From Tubiluchus corallicola (taxonomy: Eukaryota; Animalia; Priapulida), in the NCBI GenBank assembly GCA_030141605.1, contig JAQGDQ010000054.1:310001-374000 (forward strand): a stretch of 64,000 nucleotides of DNA. Reading direction: 5' to 3'. Numbering within the stretch: the stretch's first letter is position 1; each line of letters starts with the position of its first letter. This document shows, piece after piece, positions 56,001-64,000 of the stretch. Below the pieces are notes generated by a model. The model searched no databases, had not been told where the DNA came from, and was given only the letters and a program-made list of their open reading frames with translations. A program made the position numbers and the translations under genes.

Positions 56001-58864
56001 GCGGCAGGCGCGGCATCTGGAGGGGGTAGTTTCTCTGAGAAAACTACAATTTAGAAATTTAAAACAATACCTACTGAAATAATATTGCTACATGCATGAA
56101 TCTATTAATTAAAAATAGTCCTGATTTTACTGCATTTTCAAACTTATGCTTAAATTTTAAAAACGCAGTCAAGCATTTTTTCAAATTTTTGGATTCGTTA
56201 TGAATTCGCCCCCTTATCTGGTCATAACGTGCCTTCCAGGTAATGAAATTTCGTCTCTAATGAAATTAGCAGAACAGCAATTTGCAAAATCTAACGGCTA
56301 AGCGAATACCCGAGTGTTTAATATTGCAAATGATGCTGATGATCCATGGTCCAGAGACATTTGGGCGTGGCCTAGACCTGATGTGACGTCAATCAGGCGC
56401 TAAATTAAGAAATAAGTCCTGCGATAACGTAATTTACAGTGACTTGCTATTACATTGTATAGATGTTAATTGCAGTAGCTCTCGTATGATTTCACAACAG
56501 TCAGGAGTAAACTCTTGCGGCCTGCTTACAGGAAATCTGAGAAAATTCTTAGCCTTACCTTACATCGAATTACACTGATTACCAAATTGCTACATTTATA
56601 GTTTTAACTCGTTACAATGATTGAAGATTTCTAAGTCAATTGTTACAGTACAAATGGTACAACCTATACAGGTGGAGCGTGGCTGGTTACAAAATTAAAC
56701 AAAAAGTAAATGTTATTTCAGCTGCACTATAATGATGAACATGCAAGTAAATAAACGTACATTATGTAGTACTGATAGTAAATATTAAAACTACATACAT
56801 GTGTGTAAAACGTAAAACGCGATACTCTATTAATTCTGTTTACAGCACACTTAGTAAGTTAATATGAGAATCATTAACTTCATAAATTAGTAACAACTAT
56901 AATAAACACATCATTCCTCCGTAATGGCACCTACAATGTATAATCTTCGAGTTAAACGTCAATTAACAAGTAACCTGTTTTTGACCATTTTAGCAAATGG
57001 TTATCAACCTGATAATCGTACATTGCGTTCTTGATGCGTTTGTGAAATTACTAACAGAGATTTTCGTAACGTGCGATAGGATTGGTACATGAGTTTTATG
57101 GCCTACAAAGATGATTAGGATAAAAATGCGATTTATGCGTAATTCCCACTCAGTTTAGAAACATGTATGTCGAACAGTAATTACAATGGAAACAAAGTGG
57201 TGCTACAAAAGAGCCTATATTTTACTGCTGTATTTTTTCTGTCCGTTGATTTAGTATGAATATTACTATAATAAATAAAAAATTTCCGCGTAAGTAGCAG
57301 TAAATTCTCGGTAAAATTACTTTTACTAGTTGACAGAGTAAAAGTCATCAATAAAACTATAAAAATCACAAAAAACAGAGCTTCGCTGTTGCAGTATCGT
57401 CGACAAACAGTTTTTTTAACATTTTAGGTTCATAAATGTGCACCACACGGCTTCATAGACGCTGGCAGCTGCAAAATGAGTTCTCTAATGACTCTGAATC
57501 ACATCACAGCGTTTATCATAAACTAGCGACATACAGATTTTCGTGTTTGCGGCATACACGCTTGCAAGTGTTCATTAATTATGTAGTAAGAACCTAATAC
57601 TGCTAATGAGGTAATAAACGTTTAGGTTTAACTGACTACTACAACGACAACGACACGGCCACAGCCACAGCCATTGAACTGCTACGTAAACTGCTACCAC
57701 TACCTGTACCACCTCTAGTACTACGCTTGCAGGGCCCAGCAAATTTTAACGTAGGCCAACGCATATTGTTCTGAGCAAAGTACCAAATTAGAATGTTGCC
57801 AATTACCTTTTGCGAGCTTTTTTAGTTTAATTATCGTATGATTTAACTTTTGCATTTTTAAACTTGGTGGTAAAAGCCCAAGCGGCTACATTACGGAATT
57901 CGTTTATTTTTTGCATCTTCGCAATTGAAATTAGGTACGTGTTTTTTTGCTTGTTGTTCACTCAAGACAAATTCCAACAGCCACCAAAAGAAATTCAAGA
58001 ATGCAACATTTTGATAATAATTATCCACACTTTAATAATATAACTCGATCATTCTTCCGCTTATTTATTCATTTTATTGATTAAAACTTTTTCTGGGCAA
58101 AAGCAAGAAAGCAAGGCCTGCGTGATCCACAATCTTTTTCTTGACTTCAGGTCTGTCTGTCTGTCTATCTGTTTGTTTCTTGGAAGATTGCCAGTCGTAA
58201 ACTCAGTGAACTCATAAAAAGTGTGACCCGTTTGTAGTTACAAGCAACCCCCTCCCCTGGTCCCAACGCCTTCCTCTATCAGCTTATAATCAGTGATAAA
58301 CAAACGAAACCGAGGCACTTAAACAACAACGCAGGAATGAAACGCGTTAAAAGCCCAGAGTGAAATAAATGGCTAATCACACACCACGAAAAGTAACTAA
58401 CTAACGTTTACATGTTTCAAAGAGCTTCCTCTGCAAGGTATGTCAACTAATGGCGCACATCCTTCCTCCGCGTGAGGCTTCTCTTAGTTAATTCCTTGCG
58501 TGAGCTACATGACTTGATTAATTAGAATTTTTAGAATGGATAAATTGTTGACATTTCCGTGCTTTTTACGGCGTAGTTTAGTCTCTGGCGATTAAGTGAA
58601 ATCTCAGTAGATGGGTGACAAGCACCGATAATGGTCAAAGACCACGTGCTTGGCTTCATGCTATATTACTGAGTGTGAGACACGACAGGTCTTGAAAACG
58701 TCAGAGATATTTTTAATATTGGTTAGGTTAGGGAGGATTAGTATATTAGCGTTCAGTGGCCGTAAGGTGTGTAACACTTGTCTGACACTGTATTTCTCCT
58801 GAGCAGAAAAACTGAAAAGCCAGTAATCCAATGCTTCGCATTCCAGACTAGTATCTCAAGGGAC

Positions 58865-59005
58865 AGACAGGCCAGAGCGGTTGAGAAATACAGAATGTCA
58901 TACAATACATTGGTCAAAATCCTTATACGTCAACGTTCAAGGAAAGCAAAAAGCCTTGGGTTCGACTCTCGGTGGAGCGTACAATTTTTTCGGACTCTAA
59001 CTTAG
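58865..59005 (+). repeat. Interspersed tRNA-like repeat, copy 3 of 3
   Basis: GGCCAGAGCGG ... CTTGGGTTCGACTCTCGGTGGAGCGTACAATTTT (A/B boxes). Confidence 0.55.
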
Positions 59006-60243
59006 CACTGCTTTCGTGCATTTATATGACTGATCTGCTGATCTCGGGTTTTCAATTCTGCAGGACGGCTGATAAGTGGAAAAATGAAAACAAAATTTAG
59101 AAATTTTTAACGGCACTGTAACACTCCACTTAGATTTAGTAACGATAAACGCAAACTTTTACGACAGGACAATCATAATAATTTCATAAGAATCTGTTTT
59201 AGTCGTAAATTTGTGACACGAATAATTGGAAAGTATACTTCGGAGGAGAATTCAAGAGATGCTAGTGCTTTGTAGCATGTAACTACCATTACTACTCCAT
59301 TTTACTTTTCCAGCTTCAAGAGCAAAACAACAGGCAGAAGAGCGTAATGAGTATAGCAGTAAACAGAATGGGAAAATTGCTTCTCCAGACAGCGGAAAAC
59401 CCATTTAGTTCTGAAAACTGATCTTCTGACGTCAGTAATCCGTCTTACAAGGAAGAAAAAGACGTCGCTATTCAGTGATTTATGCTTTTTTTCACGCTAA
59501 CGGCTAAACTGTTTGATTTCTTGCGAAACAAGACATGGTGTTATTTAGCATATTTTATATATAATGCATAGTGTTGAAAAGTGAAGCATTTCATGAAATT
59601 TGAAGTAATTTATAAATTTGCACTACACATAAGTCAAATATTTGTTGTAGTGTAATCCACTAGATGGTTTTCTTCATAGTGACTTTCAAATGACTTTTCG
59701 CCTGGACTCAAACTCTTGACGAGCTTTTATTTGATATAACAAAGTTAACGTATAATGCATCAATTATCATTACGATGTTCACAGAAGATATTAGAACCTG
59801 GTGAACCCATCTTCGGTACCTGGTCGCTTTTCCTGTTGTTAAAAAACATATGTCATAATTTGACACAACGTTGATGATATTTTTGGTACGAACGCGTGAA
59901 ATTTAAGGCATTTATTTCACTTTCAAAATGAAGCAAAACAAGAAATGAAGCTAATCAAACTAGAAATATCTTGACCTGAAAACCTTGTGCGTAATCATTT
60001 AAGTAAGTGAAACTGCATACAGAGAATACAAACAACCTAAGTGGATGCGTCCTGTAATTAAGAAGATAAGTTGCGTTTACTCTCAACTTGGCATTTTTAA
60101 TTTGTTTCACACGACCAGTGACGAATCAACGAGGAAGTACAGACGGCAGGAAATGAGAAAAGTTGCAGAGTAAATCATCGTCAATATAACTAAACTTACT
60201 CGATGTTATCTCAGTCTATCTGGTGATTCTGATGAAGCTGATG

Positions 60244-60310
60244 ATTACTACTACTACTACTACTACTACTACGACGACGACGACGACGATAATGATGATG
60301 ACGATGATAA
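60244..60310. repeat. (ACT)n(ACG)n(ATG)n compound microsatellite
   Basis: Seen directly. Confidence 0.9.
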
Positions 60311-60847
60311 CATTTTATTTAGCATTATTCATATTTAACCAAGCAGGGTGTCGAACACGCACACTAACCTGAATAGGTAGATTTTAGAGGCAAAATAATA
60401 CAACCTAGCCGCTAATACGCATATTGCAACATCACCAGGGATATACTGGTGAAATAAAGTATGGCACTTAAATAACATTGTGAAAAGTTTGACGACTGTC
60501 AAATAACAGTTATGACCAACATAAGAAGCAAATAATTTGCACGGCATAGGTAAACTGCTTCTGATTGAGCGGCACCTTGCGTGACTCTAATGCGCAGCGT
60601 TTAATTAAAACTGCGTCACAGTTTAAATAGAGAACCAGTTAGGAATTAACAACATGTTTGATTTAATCTTCAGAGCAATCGTTCAATTTTCAAGTCATTT
60701 TCGGCGAGTGCAACAACTTGGCGACTATGTTAAGTAGCGTCGACCCTCATCAATAAATGGATGGGTAACCACAGGGAAACAGTGGTTGCGCGGTTTGTTC
60801 TGTCAAACTTTAGCCTCCTTCGTTCAGTGAAGATGTGCATACGTTGG

Positions 60848-61006
<159 letters not shown>

Positions 61007-61667
61007 TAAAGAATTCATTTGGATCACTATTTTCAGGTGGGTCACATAGATGTGGGTCTGAAGCAAGAAGCTCAAGAAGCTTTTTTTCTTAAAGAAGGTT
61101 TAAGTTTATTTTTGTGAATGCTGTAGAATCATACTAGAACATATTATAGAAAACTACATCAATTTTAAGACCGCAGCTTCTAGCAGTCACCTTTTACTGC
61201 AGAAGCGGCAAAGAACTATAATAAAGAAAGGATTCTAGCAGGTCAAAGAATCACAAAAAGTGCAATGATGGTATAATAATGTTTGTAAACGTTTTAATGA
61301 TAATTAATGATAATGCACACTACAAAAACTTTAGTGCTTATTTGAACCTAGTGCCACTGCATTGCGGGTTTAACCCTACAAATATTGTACCACTCTGCGT
61401 TGCTTCTGTCTATAGAGTCCTTTATACTCAAGCAGTGCCATGTTTATTTGTATGCAAAATTGCAGTTGTCCAGAAGCTAATACTGTACAGAGATATCTTC
61501 TGCATTGTGCAACTAAGCAGAAATCGATATGGATCTCCTTTATCAGGGCTAGGGTCATTAACTGCTGGTGGGTCGTGGGTGTGGGACAATGTTTGAACTG
61601 GCTTGTGGTATCTGTGGGTCAAATCAAGTGAGTGGTGGGTCACGTTTAGTGACCCATTTTCAGCTCC

Positions 61668-61681
61668 GAGAGAGAGAGAGA

Positions 61682-61754
<73 letters not shown>
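61668..61754. repeat. (GA)n microsatellite
   Basis: Seen directly. Confidence 0.95.
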
Positions 61755-61757
<3 letters not shown>

Positions 61758-64000
61758 ACGGCGAATGACGCTAAAAACTTTTAAGTTATACAAGTTTCCT
61801 CAATTTCCTACGAAATGTTTTGCATAACTTTGTAACGCGTTTACAAAATGTCAACTTGAAATATTTCTTTTTCTTTTCACACATAGCAAGACCTGCGTGT
61901 TGTTATTACCATCATTGCCATCACTGTAAGTGTGTGTACTCTGTAATGCTTCTTACCGCAAATGAAGCTTAATGCATGCGTTCACCTATCATGATTTTAT
62001 ACTTCACCAGCATCTAACAAGCTCATTGAGTTGACAAAACTAGTGACATGTAGTAGACAGATGCTTGTAATAACCGCAATTACAATGCGCCCTCAGCATA
62101 GAATTGTGTATGCAAAGGCGTGTTGTGGTGGCTGCCTTATCGCATCTCAGAAAATAAACTTGTAAATGAAACAAACAGTTCAATGAATGTTTAGTGAATG
62201 CTGAAAACGCATATTATATTATAAAAAACACAGGAACGCCTACGAAAGAATGTGAACGGAACAAATGCGCGAAAAATAAATCGTGTTTACTGCTTGCAGG
62301 TAGACCTGGAACTCATTATAAGTCTACATGCTCTAGTTTCAAACGTGACTTGCCAGGAAAACTCTACCTAGAATCTTGCCCGCTGTTACATGACAGACAA
62401 CGTTGCAAAAAATTATTGTCATATTATAATACTAATGTCTTACTAGGACGCTAATAGGCGATGAAGAGATTTGCTAATTATGGCAAAATCGTTATTGTCA
62501 GCTTTTTTAATTCAACTACTAACGACAATTTTCAAAAACGCGAATCTACTGTAAATTTACTTGCTGTCTCAAATGCCATCGCAATGTTGAAAAACCACAA
62601 ATGTAGTGATGATTCCGGGTGGTCTCAAAACACAAAGTAATATGCAATTATTTTATATATTAAATTTATATACCGTACGGAGTTCAGAACTGGTATAAGC
62701 TGTGACCCAGCACTCAACAAAATGACACTGACATTAGTGGCAAAAGAAAGCATTTTGTAATAGCCAAATCTGCAAAATTTCCAATTTCTAATTACCAGCT
62801 AACATCATTAACTAGTTACACAGCTTATTAAAATGAAAAGCATTTTCTGCTGTAGGTAATCAAGCATTGTGAATTCAATTAAGAGCAAAATGGTAATCTT
62901 AAGATAAAAGGCCAAGGCCAGCAAACATTTTCCGGCTAGTGGTACAAACACTGTACAGGTTAAAGCAATTTTCTACTCATGTTACCGTTTCAGTTGCAGA
63001 ATCTTAAGCTTGTGACTTCAACAGCAGTCTAGTTTTATTATTTATTCTATCTAAACACGCATGTAGTTGATATTTATTTACGTTATTTATAGTTAAAGTC
63101 ATTGCTTTAGGTAATGTTGTTGATGCATATTCAAAATATTTGAATAAATCGTTTAGGTTTTGCAAATTATAAATTAACCGGAACATAGTGTTGTATAACT
63201 GTTAGTTGTGATAATAACATTTTTTACTTTACTTCAAAACACTAATATGTCATGTTCCGCAAATATTTGCATGCATTATTTTGTTAAATTCATGTCCTGC
63301 ATGGCAGAAAAGCAATAGTTCAAAATAACACGGACAACGTTTATCGTACAAATAATAAATTTACACGCAGTGTTTGACAGTAGCACATTATTTAGGCTAC
63401 TGTGCTCGCTATACGGCAGTGTTAATTTATACAGGTGAATATAATCATTATTACCGTAGCAGTAAATTTACACAACAGCTTCTAGAAAACAAAAATTCTC
63501 ATTTGATGGCTCACATATCCGTAATTGCGTTTAATGCATCATATTATTCGTAAGTGGCTGAAATTTCTAGCGCAGCCTAGCAGTTTTAAACTTGAAACAG
63601 TAGCTTATGCGTCGAAAAGTCTGCAACTACGCGTTTATGCTCAGTATGAAGAAAGACAATTAAATTATTCTGCCGCTATTATTTATACACCAGGCTGCAA
63701 TATAACGAAATTACGAGGAAAACTTTCTTCGTATGTGTTTAGTAAATCTAACACGTACAGGCGAACATATGCAGCGAATTTCGTGAAATTTTCTGCTAAA
63801 ATAAACAATTCAAATCCAGTAATTTATCCTTCTGAAGCATTACACAATAGTTACTGCTTTTCTGTTTTTGCCAGTGATTCATTCTAGTAAGTTAACTGAG
63901 TTATCTGAATTGCAGCTAACCACATGGGATAACTAGAATAGTTTTGTCAGGCGCTTTGGAAAACAAGCAAGCTTTTCCGGTGATACGGGAGTGACGGGAC

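Overview
This is AT-rich, intron-rich invertebrate animal DNA. I see no prokaryotic genes, CRISPR arrays, rRNA or functional tRNA. The window holds two receptor (membrane) guanylyl cyclase genes arranged tail-to-tail. Gene A (+ strand) has 16 exons at 88..16350 and its 5' end lies upstream of the window; it looks like a Gyc76C ortholog. Gene B (- strand) has 22 exons plus a candidate 27-nt micro-exon at 46449..18083; I could not find its first exons, which probably lie beyond a >17 kb intron; it looks like a Gyc32E ortholog. Both genes splice by hand (GT-AG, consistent phases) into open frames: ectodomain, TM helix, pseudokinase, coiled coil, intact cyclase and a long C-terminal tail. Their candidate poly(A) signals face each other 33 nt apart. 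The introns carry non-autonomous DNA transposons (two with perfect target-site duplications), tRNA-derived SINEs, two decayed LINE fragments, minisatellites and microsatellites. I found no unambiguous new biological system. The best leads are the convergent paralog pair, frame-preserving splice options in the same juxtamembrane regulatory segment of both genes, different PDZ-type C-termini, and a paralog-specific intron. Orthology and repeat-family names come from recalled motifs, not database searches.
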